The notes: a model not told the origin generated them from the letters alone. A DNA stretch of 64,000 bases from an uncultured Planctomycetia bacterium (GCA_963779975.1 CAWAAL010000024.1:57153-121152), one strand, 5' to 3'. Shown: positions 1 through 10,248, counted from the stretch's first letter. A program made the numbers and translations.

Positions 1-315
1 TGGAAACACTACGTGAAGGTCTATCCGTGGCTATGCGTGGGGGCGGCGGCCGCGCTGGGATTCCTGATCGTTCCCAAACGATCCAGGGCGACCGCCGCCG
101 ACCTGCCCGCCCCGACCGGACCGGCAAAGACCGACCGTCCGGTCGCCACTGTGGCGCCGTCCGCCGCGCGCGGGGTGGTCGATGCGCTCGTCGGCGCCGT
201 CGCCGGCATCGCGGTCCGCGAGGTAATTGCCTACTTGGGCCAAAACGCCGAGAGATTACTGGGAATAAGCAGGGATCCGGGGACAAACCATCATGATTCG
301 AATCCAACGTCCTGA
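1..315 (+). CDS. hypothetical membrane protein, 5' end probably off-window
   Basis: Frame is open from base 1 (WKHYVKVYPWLCVGAAAALGFLIVP...), with GTG at 13. One hydrophobic helix; no family recognised. First gene of a small membrane-protein cluster. Confidence 0.35.
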   Translation, partial: WKHYVKVYPWLCVGAAAALGFLIVPKRSRATAADLPAPTGPAKTDRPVATVAPSAARGVVDALVGAVAGIAVREVIAYLGQNAERLLGISRDPGTNHHDSNPTS

Positions 316-501
316 GTCATCGCATGACGGTGCCGGCCGCTCCTCGCTTGGGCTTGACCGCGGCGAGCATGTCGCCATGGCCCGAAAGGAACCATCACGA
401 ATCATCCGGGCCGTCGAGCGGTTCGTGGCCCGATGGCCGCGCATCTGCCTTGGGGCGGCACTATCCGTCGGAATCGTGCTAGGCTGGTGGGTGAAACGAC
501 G

Positions 502-963
502 ATGAATCAAAGCAACGGATCAACGCCGGCGCCGCCCAATGGGGTCGCCCAGGACATGGGCGATTTGACGCACGACATGGTTTCGCTCGCCGAGCTGCAG
601 TTCGAGCTCTTCAGAAACGACTGTCGCAAAGGCCTGAAAGGACTGCTGACCCCCTTCGCGCTGCTGCTGCTGGCGGGGATCGCGGCCGCCGGCACGGTGC
701 CGGTCGCACTGATTTGCGTCGCCGAACTGCTCGCGCAAGCCGCCGGCCTGTCGCGGGCGGCGGCTTTTTCGATCACGGCGCTGGGCGGGTTCAGCGCGGC
801 GGCGGCCCTGGGAGTCGCGGGGTGGTCCCACGTCCGTGGAGTGGGGCGCGTTTTCCGGCGTTCCCGCGAAGAATTGACCCGCAACATGACCTGGATCAAG
901 CAAGTTTTGAAACCGGCGGCGGCGCACGAAGCAGAGTCGCCGCGAGAACCTTCTAACTCATGA
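502..963 (+). CDS. phage-holin-3_6 / YqjE (DUF1469)-like inner-membrane protein
   Basis: ATG 502 lies inside track ORF 433..963. Two central TM helices are flanked by charged segments (SLAELQFELFRND..., RRSREELTRNMTWIKQ), as in this family. Confidence 0.5.
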   Translation: MNQSNGSTPAPPNGVAQDMGDLTHDMVSLAELQFELFRNDCRKGLKGLLTPFALLLLAGIAAAGTVPVALICVAELLAQAAGLSRAAAFSITALGGFSAAAALGVAGWSHVRGVGRVFRRSREELTRNMTWIKQVLKPAAAHEAESPREPSNS

Positions 964-972
964 GGAAGAACG

Positions 973-1240
973 ATGTCTGCCACAAGTGATCAGTTTGGCC
1001 AAGAGGCGAAAGAAGTGACTGAAAATCTTCAGGAAATGGGACGGACCGTCAGGGACACCGCCCAGGCGAAGCTCGAACAAGCGGGTGAACAGGCCGCGGA
1101 ATACTACGAGCAGGGGCGCAGACAAACTCCATGGCGTCGCGTGCGTCTGCGAGCAGTACATCCGCGAGCGGCCGCTGAGGTCGGTCTTGATGGCGGCCGG
1201 CATCGGCTGGCTGCTCGGTCGCTTTTGGAAACGCGGCTAG
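973..1240 (+). CDS. DUF883 (ElaB/YqjD-like) membrane-anchored stress protein, 1 frameshift in this sequence
   Basis: The frame from ATG 973 (...AAEYYEQGR) plus the +1 frame from 1121 (DKLHGVACVCEQYIRERPLRSVLMAAGIGWLLGRFWKRG, stop 1238-1240) gives the typical DUF883 C-terminal anchor. The shift follows a G4 run at 1113-1116. Track ORF 973..2793 is a read-through chimera. Confidence 0.55.
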
Positions 1241-1254
1241 CGGGAGATGGACCC

Positions 1255-2793
1255 ATGGCGCCCTTGGACCAGTTCGTCAAGTCGGTGTGGATGCTGGGGG
1301 CGACCGCCGTGGTCGTTGCCGCCCTTTACCTCGCCAAGGGCGTGCTCGTGCCCTTGACGCTCGCCGTGCTGCTGAGCTTCCTGCTCAGCCCGGTGTGTGA
1401 TTGGCTCGAGCGGCGCAGGCTGGGCCGGATCCCGGCGGTATTGCTTACGGCCATCCTGGGCTTCGCGGTGCTGGGCTTCGCGGCATGGACGACGGTGGGG
1501 CAAATGACCGCGCTGGCCCCCAAGATGCCCGAGTACCAAGACAACCTGCAAGCGAAACTCCATGCGGTGAACGACTACTTCGTGGCCGCGTTGAACAAGG
1601 CGACAAGAACCGCCGAGGACGTTGGCCAGGATCTTCCGCAAACCCAGCAGGCCAAGACGGCACTGGGAACCGACGAATGGCCCTATTCGGTCCGCGTGCT
1701 TTCCCCGCCCGCGAGTCCCCTGCAACTCCTGGGTCAGACCTTCGGTACGCTGATCGAGGTCTTGGGCCTGACCGGCATCGTCGTCATACTCGTGATTTTC
1801 TTCCTGGTGCGGCGCGAGGACTTGCGCGATCGCTTCATCCGGCTGGTGGGAAAAGGTCACGCGACCGTGACCACGCAGATGCTGGCGGACGCCGCCGCGC
1901 GGGTCAGCCGATACCTCTCGATGCTGTTTCTGATCAATGCCACTTTCGGCATCGTGGTCGGCATCGGGCTTTACCTGATCGGCATACCCAACGCCATCCT
2001 GTGGGGGATCCTGGCTGCAACCTTGAGGTTCGTTCCCTACATCGGCCCCTGGATTGCCGCGGCGCCGCCGATTTGCCTGGCAATGGCCATCTCGACGGGC
2101 TGGTTGGCGCCCATCCTCGCGCTTGCGCTGTTTGCGGGCCTGGAACTCTTCTGCGGGAATGTCCTGGAGCCATGGCTGTATGGCAAGGGCACCGGCGTGT
2201 CGGCGGTGGCGGTTCTGTTGGCGGCCGTCTTTTGGACATGGTTGTGGGGAATCGTCGGACTGCTGCTGGCGACCCCGTTGACCGTGTGCCTGTTGGTGAT
2301 TGGCAAGCACGTTCCCCAACTCTCCTTCTTGCACGTTCTGCTGGGGAACGAGCCGGTGTTCGAGCCCACGCGGCAAGTCTATCAGCGGCTTCTGGCCGGT
2401 GACCAGGAAGAAGCCGCCGAATTGGTCGACGATGATCTCGAGAACAGGCCGCTGGTGGAGGTCTACGACACGCTGCTCGTGCCGGCGCTGGCTTTGGCCG
2501 AAACCGACTGGCATCACGGCGAACTGGACGAGGGCCGGCACGCGTTCATCTTGCGGAGCCTGAAGGAGATGATTCAGGAAAGGGACGAGGGCCAGCCGGA
2601 AGTGAAAGCGAAAGAGGGTATCGAGGACGGGCCGGAAAAGGTGTCGGCCGGGTGGCGGCCGTACATCCTCTGCCTGCCCGCCCGCGACGAGGCGGATGAG
2701 ATCGCCGGAATGATGTTGGCGCAATTATTGGCGACGGGCGAGCGCCTCGTACAGTCGGTCTCGTTTACGGCCGCGGCCGGCGCAGTTGCTTGA
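1255..2793 (+). CDS. AI-2E family transporter (PerM/UPF0118) with cytosolic C-terminal extension
   Basis: In-frame ATG 1255 (MAPLDQFVKS...). Multi-pass membrane core typical of UPF0118, followed by a soluble tail (ILCLPARDEADEIAGMMLAQLL...). Confidence 0.7.
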   Translation: MAPLDQFVKSVWMLGATAVVVAALYLAKGVLVPLTLAVLLSFLLSPVCDWLERRRLGRIPAVLLTAILGFAVLGFAAWTTVGQMTALAPKMPEYQDNLQAKLHAVNDYFVAALNKATRTAEDVGQDLPQTQQAKTALGTDEWPYSVRVLSPPASPLQLLGQTFGTLIEVLGLTGIVVILVIFFLVRREDLRDRFIRLVGKGHATVTTQMLADAAARVSRYLSMLFLINATFGIVVGIGLYLIGIPNAILWGILAATLRFVPYIGPWIAAAPPICLAMAISTGWLAPILALALFAGLELFCGNVLEPWLYGKGTGVSAVAVLLAAVFWTWLWGIVGLLLATPLTVCLLVIGKHVPQLSFLHVLLGNEPVFEPTRQVYQRLLAGDQEEAAELVDDDLENRPLVEVYDTLLVPALALAETDWHHGELDEGRHAFILRSLKEMIQERDEGQPEVKAKEGIEDGPEKVSAGWRPYILCLPARDEADEIAGMMLAQLLATGERLVQSVSFTAAAGAVA

Positions 2794-3112
2794 TCTTGTC
2801 GAGAAGCGCACACCCGACGTGGTGTGCGTTTCCGCCACGCCGCCCGCCGCCGTGATGCATGCCCGCCACCTCTGCAGGCTCGTTCGCAGTCGATTTCCGG
2901 AAGTACGCGTGGTCGTGGGATTGTGGAACGCGCAAGGCGATCTGAGCAAGGCGCAGGCGCGCATCGGCGCGGGCGCCGCAACGCATGTCGTTGCGACCTT
3001 GGCGGAGGCGCAAGAACAGGTCCGCCTGCTGGTCCAGCCGCGCTTGCCGCCGTCCGAAAAAGAGGTACCGCCGGATAGCGGTCCCCTGGTCATGGAGGCG
3101 GCGCACGCGTGA
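2786..3112 (+). CDS. continuation of the AI-2E C-terminal Rossmann-like (B12-binding-fold-like) domain in another frame
   Basis: LLDLVEKRTPDVVCVSATPPAAVMHARHLCRLVRSRFPEVRVVVGLW continues the preceding tail. The junction near 2775-2785 implies a 1-nt frameshift. No DxHxxG motif is seen. Confidence 0.4.
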   Translation: MLDLVEKRTPDVVCVSATPPAAVMHARHLCRLVRSRFPEVRVVVGLWNAQGDLSKAQARIGAGAATHVVATLAEAQEQVRLLVQPRLPPSEKEVPPDSGPLVMEAAHA

Positions 3113-3164
3113 AACTACTCATCAAATCACCAGGTTCGATTGTTCTTTTGAAAGGAGAGCTGAA

Positions 3165-3329
3165 ATGCTCGGTACTATTTTGATCGTGTTGTTGGTTCTG
3201 ATGCTGCTGGGGTCGCTGGGTACGTTGCCCACGTGGTCGCACAGCAGAAGCTGGGGCTATGGCCCGAGCGGCGGGATGGGAGTGGTTGTGGTGATTCTGA
3301 TCGTCCTGCTGCTCGTGAGAGGCTTTTGA
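3165..3329 (+). CDS. DUF3309 family small membrane protein
   Basis: ATG 3165 follows RBS AAAGGAGAG. MLGTILIVLLVLMLLGSLGTLPTWSHSRSWGYGPSGG... fits the DUF3309 pattern. Confidence 0.6.
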   Translation: MLGTILIVLLVLMLLGSLGTLPTWSHSRSWGYGPSGGMGVVVVILIVLLLVRGF

Positions 3330-3340
3330 TCATTGCTGGG

Positions 3341-3912
3341 ATGCAGATCCTGCGGCTGCTGAAGCAAACGTCGTTGGAGTGGTATCAGTCCAGGGCTTTT
3401 GAGCTCGGCGCCGCCCTGGCCTTTTACGCCATTTTCTCGATCGCGCCGGTGATTGTGCTGGCCTTCACTGCCGCCAGCCTGGTTCTCGGTACAGAGGCGG
3501 CGCAGGGCCGGTTGACCGAGCAGATCGAAAGCACCGTCGGTCACACCGTGGCCGTTGCCATCCAGGCCACCGCGCAATACACGTACCAGAGCGGCTCGAG
3601 CGTCCCGGCGACGGTTCTCAGCATCGTCTTTTTCGGGCTTGGCGCCATCGGGCTTTTCAGCCAACTGCAAATCGCCCTGAACGCGATCTGGGAGGTCGAG
3701 CCCAAATCGGGGCGGGGACTGCGAGGAAACCTGCACGATCGGTTGGGATCATTCCTGGCCGTCCTGGGAATCAGCGCGCTCTTGCTGGCCGACCTGCTAG
3801 TCACGGCACTCCTCTCCGCGCTCGGCCGGGTGGTGCCCTCCTCGCCCGCGCCCCAAGGCTTCCCGTTCTGGTGGGCCGTCATGTTCACCGTCTCCTGGGC
3901 ATTCCTCACGCT
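3341..3912 (+). pseudogene. YihY/BrkB family membrane protein, 3'-truncated
   Basis: ATG 3341 (MQILRLLKQTSLEWYQSRAFELGAALAFYAIFSIAPV...). Family-like sequence stops near 3912, where a CCCCTA-tatat-TAGGGG hairpin and lower-GC unrelated sequence begin. The ORF runs on to 4093 without similarity. Confidence 0.5.
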
Positions 3913-4113
3913 GGATCACCACCCCTATATATTAGGGGGCGGAACCGGTAAACTTACAGTCGGACGATGTATTTCAGACTGTATGCTGCGCGTCCTACCG
4001 ATCGCCAGATCGCCCTTGGGCGATTGCCGGCGAACACGTCAAGTCGCGCCTTGCCCGAGTTGTCTACAAAGGCAATCTGGCCATAAGCGATAAGGCGGGG
4101 CCGCGTAGGAACG

Positions 4114-7100
4114 ATGCTTGCGAGCGCTGATTTGTCGCGCAGGAGGAGCAAGGTGTCGAATAGAAAGGTGAAAACCACCGTCAAGCGAGCGCCCACATCG
4201 CTAGAAAACGTAGAACCGGACATGCCAGCCGTCCCCCCGGTGGAGGAGAGGCCGGCTGTAGAGGCAGATTTGGGCGTGCATCCGAAGGCGGGCTTTCCCA
4301 TCGTCGGCATCGGTGCGTCGGCCGGCGGTTTGGCGGCGTTTGAGGCTTTCTTTTCCGGGATGCCTGCCGAGACCGATCCGGGCATGGCCTTTGTCCTGGT
4401 GCAGCATCTGGCCCCGGACCATAAAAGCATCCTCTCCGACCTGGTCAAACGATATACGCGCATGCAGGTCTTCGAGGTCGAGGACGGAATGCCGGTCAGG
4501 CCCAACTGTGCCTACATTATTCCACCCAATCGGGACATGGCCTTTCTGGACGGTACGCTCCAGTTGCTGGAGCCGGCTCGCGCCGCGCGGCCATCGCCTG
4601 CCGATTGACTTCTTCTTCCGCTCTCTGGCCCAGGACCAACACGAGCGGGCGATCTGCATCGTGCTCTCGGGCACCGGTAGCGATGGTACGCAGGGAGTGC
4701 GGGCGGTCAAGGGCGAGGGCGGCATGGTGATGGTACAGAACCCCGAATCCACCGAGTACGACGGTATGCCGCGCAGCGCCATCGCCACTGGACTGGTGGA
4801 CTACGTGCTGCCGCCCGCCGAGATGCCGCCCCAGATCATCGCCTACGTCGCCCATGCATTCGGCAAAAAACCCCGGCCGGTCTCTCCCCCGGCTCCCAAG
4901 GCCGGAGACGCGATGAAGAAGGTCTTTATCCTGTTGCGAGTCCAGACCGGCCACGATTTTTCGCAGTACAAACAAACCACGATCAACCGCCGCGTCGAGC
5001 GGCGCATGGCCGTCCACCAGATCGAACGGTTGAATGAGTACGTTCGTCACTTGCAGCAGACCCCGGCCGAAGTGGAGGCCCTCTTTCGCGATCTCTTGAT
5101 CGGCGTCACCAATTTCTTTCGCGACCCGGAGGCGTTCGCGGCGCTGAAAGGAACAGGTCATCCCGCGACTTTGTGCCGACAAGGACGCGGGGGCAGCGAT
5201 CCGCGTCTGGGTGCCTGGTTGCTCCACCGGCGAGGAAGCATTTTCCATCGCCATCCTGATCCAGGAGCAGATGGAACTGCTGAAGCAGAGTTGCAAAGTG
5301 CAGGTGTTCGCCACGGATATTGATCGCCAGGCCATCGAACAGGCCCGCACCGGTATCTATCCCGTCAGCATTGCCGCCGACATTTCACCGGAACGACTAT
5401 CGCGGTTTTTCGCCCAGGAGCCGGACGGCACGGCCTATCGCGTCAACAAAAGCCTCCGCGACCTATTGGTCTTTTCCGAGCAGGACGTGATCAAAGACCC
5501 GCCGTTTTCCAAACTGGACATGATCAGTTGCCGCAACCTGTTGATCTATATGGGCGGGGATCTCCAGAAGAAGCTCATGCCCCTGTTCCATTACGCACTA
5601 AAGCCGGGCGGCACGCTCTTCCTGGGAACCTCCGAGACCGTGGGCGAGTTCGCGGACCTGTTTTCCACGCTGGACCGCAAGTCGAAGCTGTATCAACGCA
5701 AAGAGAACGGTTCTGGCGCACAACGCCCGGCCATGGGAAAGTATCTTCCGCCCCTGACGGAAGGTGAAACCGCTTTACGGCCCTCCGCGAAGGCTCCCGG
5801 CGAAAGCACGTTCCGACTGCGCGAGTTGACCGAACGGGCGTTGCTGCAACAGTACGCCCCGGTCGCTGCGCTGATCAACCAACGCGGCGACATCCTGTAC
5901 CTCCACGGCCGTACCGGCTTGTACCTGGAACCAGCCCCAGGCGAACCCGGCATGAATATCCTGAAGATGGCCCGCGAAGGGTTGCGGCAAGAACTGACGA
6001 CTGCCTTGCACAAGGCTGTGGCCAGCAGAGATTTGGTGCGGCATCCGGGACTGCGGGTCAAAACCAACGGCGACTTCACCTTGGTCGATCTAACGATCCG
6101 GCCGGTAGCGGCAGGCCCCAGACGCCGCCACTGATTCGGCCCTGTTTCTGGTCATCTTTGAGGAATCGCCGCCGACAGTCCAGCAGCGGCCGGAAAAGGC
6201 CATAGCCGTGGATTCGGTGCAAGGCTCGGACTCCGGCGCCATGGATGTCGATGCGCGGATCGCGGCGCTCAAGCAGGAACTGCGGGCCAAGGAAGAATAC
6301 CTCCAGACCACGAACGAGGAATTGGAGACATCCAACGAAGAACTGAAATCCTCCAACGAGGAGATGCAGTCGGTCAACGAAGAGTTGCAATCCACGAACG
6401 AGGAACTGGAAACCTCCAAGGAGGAACTGCAATCGGTCAACGAGGAACTGGCCACGGTCAACGCCGAGTTGCAACAGAAGGTGCTCGATCTCTCGCGGGC
6501 CAACAACGACATGAACAATCTGCTGGCTGGTTCGGGCATTGGTACAATTTTCGTGGACTATCAACTGCACATCCAGCGATTTACTCCCGCTGTCACCCAG
6601 GTCATCAACCTGATCCTGACCGACGTGGGGCGGCCCGTGGGGCACATCGTATCCAACTTGGCTGGTTATGACCGCCTGGTGGAGGACGTGAAGGCCGTCC
6701 TGGACACCCTGGTTCCCAAGGAGGTTGAAGTGCAAACCAAGGCGGGTGCGTGGTATTTGCTGCGAATCCGGCCCTATCGTACCCTGGAGAACGTGATCGA
6801 AGGCGCGGTGATTACCTTCACGGAGATTACCGAAATGAGAAATGCCCAGGCAGCCCTGCGGGAATCCGAGGCCCTGCGCCGCCTGGCCGTCGTGGTGCGC
6901 GATGCGCAAGATGCCATCCTGATGCAAGACTTGGAGGGACGCATCCTGGCATGGAACCCGAGTGCGGAGGCAATGTACGGCTGGAGCGAAGCCGAGGCGC
7001 TGACGATGAATATCCGCGACCTGATCCCGGAAGGGCAGCGGGAGGGCACGTCCGCCATGGTGAAACAGATTGCTCGTGGTGGGATCTTGGAGCCCTATCA

Positions 7101-7272
7101 CACGCAACGGATCGCCAAGGACGGCCGGATCGTGGAGGTGCGGCTGTCTGCCACTGCCTTGATGAACGAAATCGGAAAAGTGTATGCCATCGCGACCACG
7201 GAGCGGGAGATACGCGGGCAAGATGAGGATAGGGCCTCTATGGTCACGAGAAGGAAGCCTGGCCATGACTAA
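4114..7272 (+). CDS. CheB methylesterase - CheR methyltransferase - coiled coil - PAS sensory protein, 3 frameshifts in this sequence
   Basis: Track ORFs 4114..4608, 4313..5323, 5211..6134 and 6208..7272 read as one protein. Motifs: GIGASAGGLAAFEAFF, LPIDFFFRSLA, VWVPGCSTGEEAFSIAILI, NEEL-repeat coiled coil, two PAS. Frame changes lie near 4575-4590, 5149-5152 and 6116-6121. Confidence 0.8.
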
Positions 7273-8995
7273 GAAACGACCTCGTGCAGACGATTTCGCC
7301 GATCTGCGTCGGCGGGCGGAGGAAAAGGCTCACGCCGACGAGGCCCAGGTTCAGAAACCGCTATCGCCCAAGGAATCCGGACGGCTGCTCCACGAGTTGC
7401 AAGTGCATCAGATCGAGCTGGAGATGCAGAACGAGGAACTGCGCCGGGCACAGGGCGAACTCGAAGCCGCGCGGGCGCGGTATTTCGACCTCTTCGACCT
7501 GGCGCCGGTGGGCTATTTCACCCTCAGCGAACAGGGGCTGATCCTGGAAGCAAACCTCACGGCGGCCAGTTTACTGGGCGTGGAGAGACGCGACTTGGTC
7601 AAGAAGCCGTTGACGCGCTTCATCCTTCCGGAGGACCAGGATATCTACTACCGGCATCGCAAGCAACTCTTTGAAACGGGCACGCCGCAGGTGTACGATC
7701 TGCGAGTGCTGCGTGCAGACACCGACCCCTTCTGGGCGCGTTGGGAGACGACCGAGGCGCAGGATGCTGACGGTGCGCCCGTGTGCCGGGCCGTGATGAG
7801 CGACATTACCGCGCGGAAGCAGGCAGAGGAGAAGTTGGCCGAACTGGACCGCCGCAAAGATCAATTTCTGGCGATGCTCAGCCATGAACTTCGCAACCCT
7901 CTTGCCCCCATCCTCAACTCCGTGCAACTGCTTCAACTCCAGAAAAGCCAGAACTCCGTTCAACAAAAGGCCCTGGCCATCATCGAGCGACAGGTGGGGC
8001 AACTGACGCACTTGGTTGGCGACCTGTTGGAAGTCTCCCGCGCGATCACCGGCAGGATTCAGCTTTGCCAAGAGCAAGTCGCCGTGAACAGCATCGTGGA
8101 ACGTGCCCTGGAGACGGCTCGTCCGCTGATCGACCAGCGCAAACATGAACTCACGGTGTCGCTGCCGCAAGACCCGATTTGGCTGTACGCCGACGCCTCC
8201 CGGCTGGAGCAAGTCGTGACGAACCTCCTCACCAACGCCGCCAAGTACACCAAGGAAGGCGGTCACATCTGGCTCTCCGCCGAGCAGGAGGGCGACAAAG
8301 CGGTGTTGCGCGTGCGGGATACGGGCCTCGGCATTGCTCCCGCGTTCCTGCCTCACGTCTTCGAATTGTTCACGCAAGCCGAGCGGTCATCCGACCGTTC
8401 GCAGGGCGGGTTAGGCATTGGATTGACCCTGGCGAAGCGGCTGGTCGAAATGCACGGAGGAACCATAGGGGTCTCCAGCACTTTGGGGCAAGGTAGCGAG
8501 TTCGTCGTGAGCCTTGTCGTCTGTCCGCCAGGAACGATCTCGGGCCGGGCCGGGTACCAGCGCAGCGGGTGGGCTTGCGGGTGGCAGCCGCCTGCAACGG
8601 AAATAGCCAGGCCGACCGAGTCAGTCTTGCGGGTCCTGGTGGTGGACGATAACCTGGATGCGGCGAATGCCTTGAAAATGCTGGTGGAGGAAGCGGGGCA
8701 TTTGGTGCGGATGGCTTACACCGGCCCGACGGCATTGGCAGCGGCCCTCGATTATCGGCCCGACGTGATGCTGCTGGACATCGGCCTGCCGGAGTTGGAT
8801 GGCCTTGAAGTGGCAAAGCGGATACGTCAGGAGCCCCTACTCCGCGACATCGTGCTAGTAGCCGTGACGGGGTATCGACAGGCGGCAGACCGGCAACGTG
8901 TGCTGGAAGCGGGGTTCGATCACTATTTGGTCAAGCCCGCCGACTTCGAGAAGGTGCGACAAATCTTGGCGGAGGTCGCGGAGAAGGCGACCTGA
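7265..8995 (+). CDS. hybrid sensor histidine kinase (PAS-HisKA-HATPase_c-REC)
   Basis: ATG 7265 overlaps the end of the upstream gene. LAMLSHELRNPLAPI (H-box), GLGIGLTLAKRLVEMHGG, and a C-terminal receiver (VLVVDDN...MLLDIGLPELDG). Confidence 0.85.
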   Translation: MTKKRPRADDFADLRRRAEEKAHADEAQVQKPLSPKESGRLLHELQVHQIELEMQNEELRRAQGELEAARARYFDLFDLAPVGYFTLSEQGLILEANLTAASLLGVERRDLVKKPLTRFILPEDQDIYYRHRKQLFETGTPQVYDLRVLRADTDPFWARWETTEAQDADGAPVCRAVMSDITARKQAEEKLAELDRRKDQFLAMLSHELRNPLAPILNSVQLLQLQKSQNSVQQKALAIIERQVGQLTHLVGDLLEVSRAITGRIQLCQEQVAVNSIVERALETARPLIDQRKHELTVSLPQDPIWLYADASRLEQVVTNLLTNAAKYTKEGGHIWLSAEQEGDKAVLRVRDTGLGIAPAFLPHVFELFTQAERSSDRSQGGLGIGLTLAKRLVEMHGGTIGVSSTLGQGSEFVVSLVVCPPGTISGRAGYQRSGWACGWQPPATEIARPTESVLRVLVVDDNLDAANALKMLVEEAGHLVRMAYTGPTALAAALDYRPDVMLLDIGLPELDGLEVAKRIRQEPLLRDIVLVAVTGYRQAADRQRVLEAGFDHYLVKPADFEKVRQILAEVAEKAT

Positions 8996-9046
8996 CGCCC
9001 ACGAATCGGGTAGAATGGCCTGCGATTCACAACAGGGTTCAAACCG

Positions 9047-9088
9047 TCCGACGTGGCCGAAGGCCTTGGAGTGTTCCGTCACGTCGGC
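9047..9088 (+). repeat. terminator-arm-only copy of the repeated module hairpin, no U-tract
   Basis: CCGACGTGGCCGAAGGCCTTGGAGTGTTCCGTCACGTCGG is ~85% identical to the module terminator hairpin but is followed by CGGGATT. It ends 26 nt before the REC-DUF2294 start codon. Confidence 0.55.
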
Positions 9089-9113
9089 GGGATTGGCGAA
9101 AGAGAGAAAACTT

Positions 9114-9974
9114 ATGCCAGGGACAGGGAAAGTTCTTCGGGTTCTCGTGGTCGATGACGACCGAGACGGTGCGGACACGCTTGGCCTGCTCGTTGAAGAA
9201 CTCGGCAACCAGGTACATGTGACCTATGGCGGGACGTCGGCACTCGACGTTGCGACCGTATTTCGGCCCGACCTGATGTTGATCGACCTGGCAATGCCTG
9301 ACATGGATGGATGTCATCTCGTTGGGCAATTTCGCCAGATTCCGGCCTTCGCGAAGACGCGAATCGTGGCGGTCACCGGCCATGCCAACGAGGGACATAG
9401 AACCTTGGCCATGAAGGCCGGGTTCGATAAGGTCCTCTTCAAGCCTGTTGCTCTGAAAGAAATCAAAGCGGTCTTAGCCAGTGTCGTTCAGGGGGGCGCA
9501 CTTGCGGGCCCATCGCCGCAACCGGCCAAGAAGCATGCGAGTTCCCAAGCAGAACGACGTTTGCCGATTAACGAAGCGCGTAGAATCAGGAAGGATCGCA
9601 AATCAGGAATCCTCACTCAAGCAGAAAGCGAAGCAGCCGTCTGCGAGGGGATCATTCGCTTTCAAGAGGACTATTTGGGAGGGGGGGCGGAGCAGATCCG
9701 CGTACACTTCATCAAAGACCTCCTCGTGATCCGCATTCTGGGTGCTTTGACGGTGGCCGAGCGGCAACTGGTCAAGTCCTTTTCGCCGGAGAAAGGGAGG
9801 GATCTCATCAAGCAGACACGGGAACAACTGCTGGAGTTGGCACGCCCGATGTTGGAATCGATGGTCCATGAGGTCGTGGGCGTGAAGGTGTTGAGCATGC
9901 ACCACGACATCAGTACTGTGACCGGGGAAGAAGTGGTCCTCTTCAGCTTGACCGAGGCACCTCGCTTTTCCTAA
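9114..9974 (+). CDS. response regulator: receiver domain fused to DUF2294 (MpsC-like) domain
   Basis: ATG 9114. REC (LVVDDDRDGADTL...MLIDLAMPDMDG...FKP), a linker, then a full DUF2294 pattern (ESEAAVCEGIIRFQEDYLGGG...LSMHHDISTVTGEEVVLFSL). Confidence 0.8.
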   Translation: MPGTGKVLRVLVVDDDRDGADTLGLLVEELGNQVHVTYGGTSALDVATVFRPDLMLIDLAMPDMDGCHLVGQFRQIPAFAKTRIVAVTGHANEGHRTLAMKAGFDKVLFKPVALKEIKAVLASVVQGGALAGPSPQPAKKHASSQAERRLPINEARRIRKDRKSGILTQAESEAAVCEGIIRFQEDYLGGGAEQIRVHFIKDLLVIRILGALTVAERQLVKSFSPEKGRDLIKQTREQLLELARPMLESMVHEVVGVKVLSMHHDISTVTGEEVVLFSLTEAPRFS

Positions 9975-10248
9975 GGTCGGCAAGCCGCCAGGGCAAAAGC
10001 CGCCAGGGCAAAAGTCGCCACAGACGCCGATCCCCGACACTTGGGAACTACTGTAGAGACCAAGGAGATTCCTCGTGGTCGGGGCAAATTGCATGCAGGA
10101 CATCCTGTTCCACCGCATCGTGACCATTAGGGCGTTTGGGTGGCGAGTCCTCTCTTGGGCTGTTTTCGAGAGCCAGGGCGACACATTCCTCTCCTTGGCT
10201 CCAAGGAGACGCGTTCTTTGAAGCGACGACTTCGCGAGAATAACTCTC

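Noticed and set aside
1237-2724. Long antisense or off-frame ORFs typical of high-GC DNA. Examples are 1237..2724(-), 6076..7266(-), 17732..18862(-), 21070..22110(+), 24059..24967(-), 26522..27718(-), 27720..29156(-), 28094..29296(+), 33126..34112(-), 34697..35716(-), 40524..41534(-), 41192..42874(-), 45551..46813(+), 48445..49617(-), 49566..50735(-), 50666..51895(-), 54797..56467(+) and 60201..61592(+).
   Set aside because: Each is the shadow of a well-supported gene on the other strand or frame. The translations are Arg/Pro/Gly-rich low-complexity sequence with no recognisable motifs.
973-2793. The 606-aa ORF treated as a single protein.
   Set aside because: It is a chimera. The DUF883 gene loses its own stop through a frameshift and reads into the AI-2E transporter, which has its own in-frame ATG at 1255.
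3954-4505. 183-aa minus-strand ORF overlapping the start of the CheB/CheR gene.
   Set aside because: Most of it is antisense to a well-supported CheB domain. Only its start-less last ~55 codons fall in the unassigned junction, which is reported separately.
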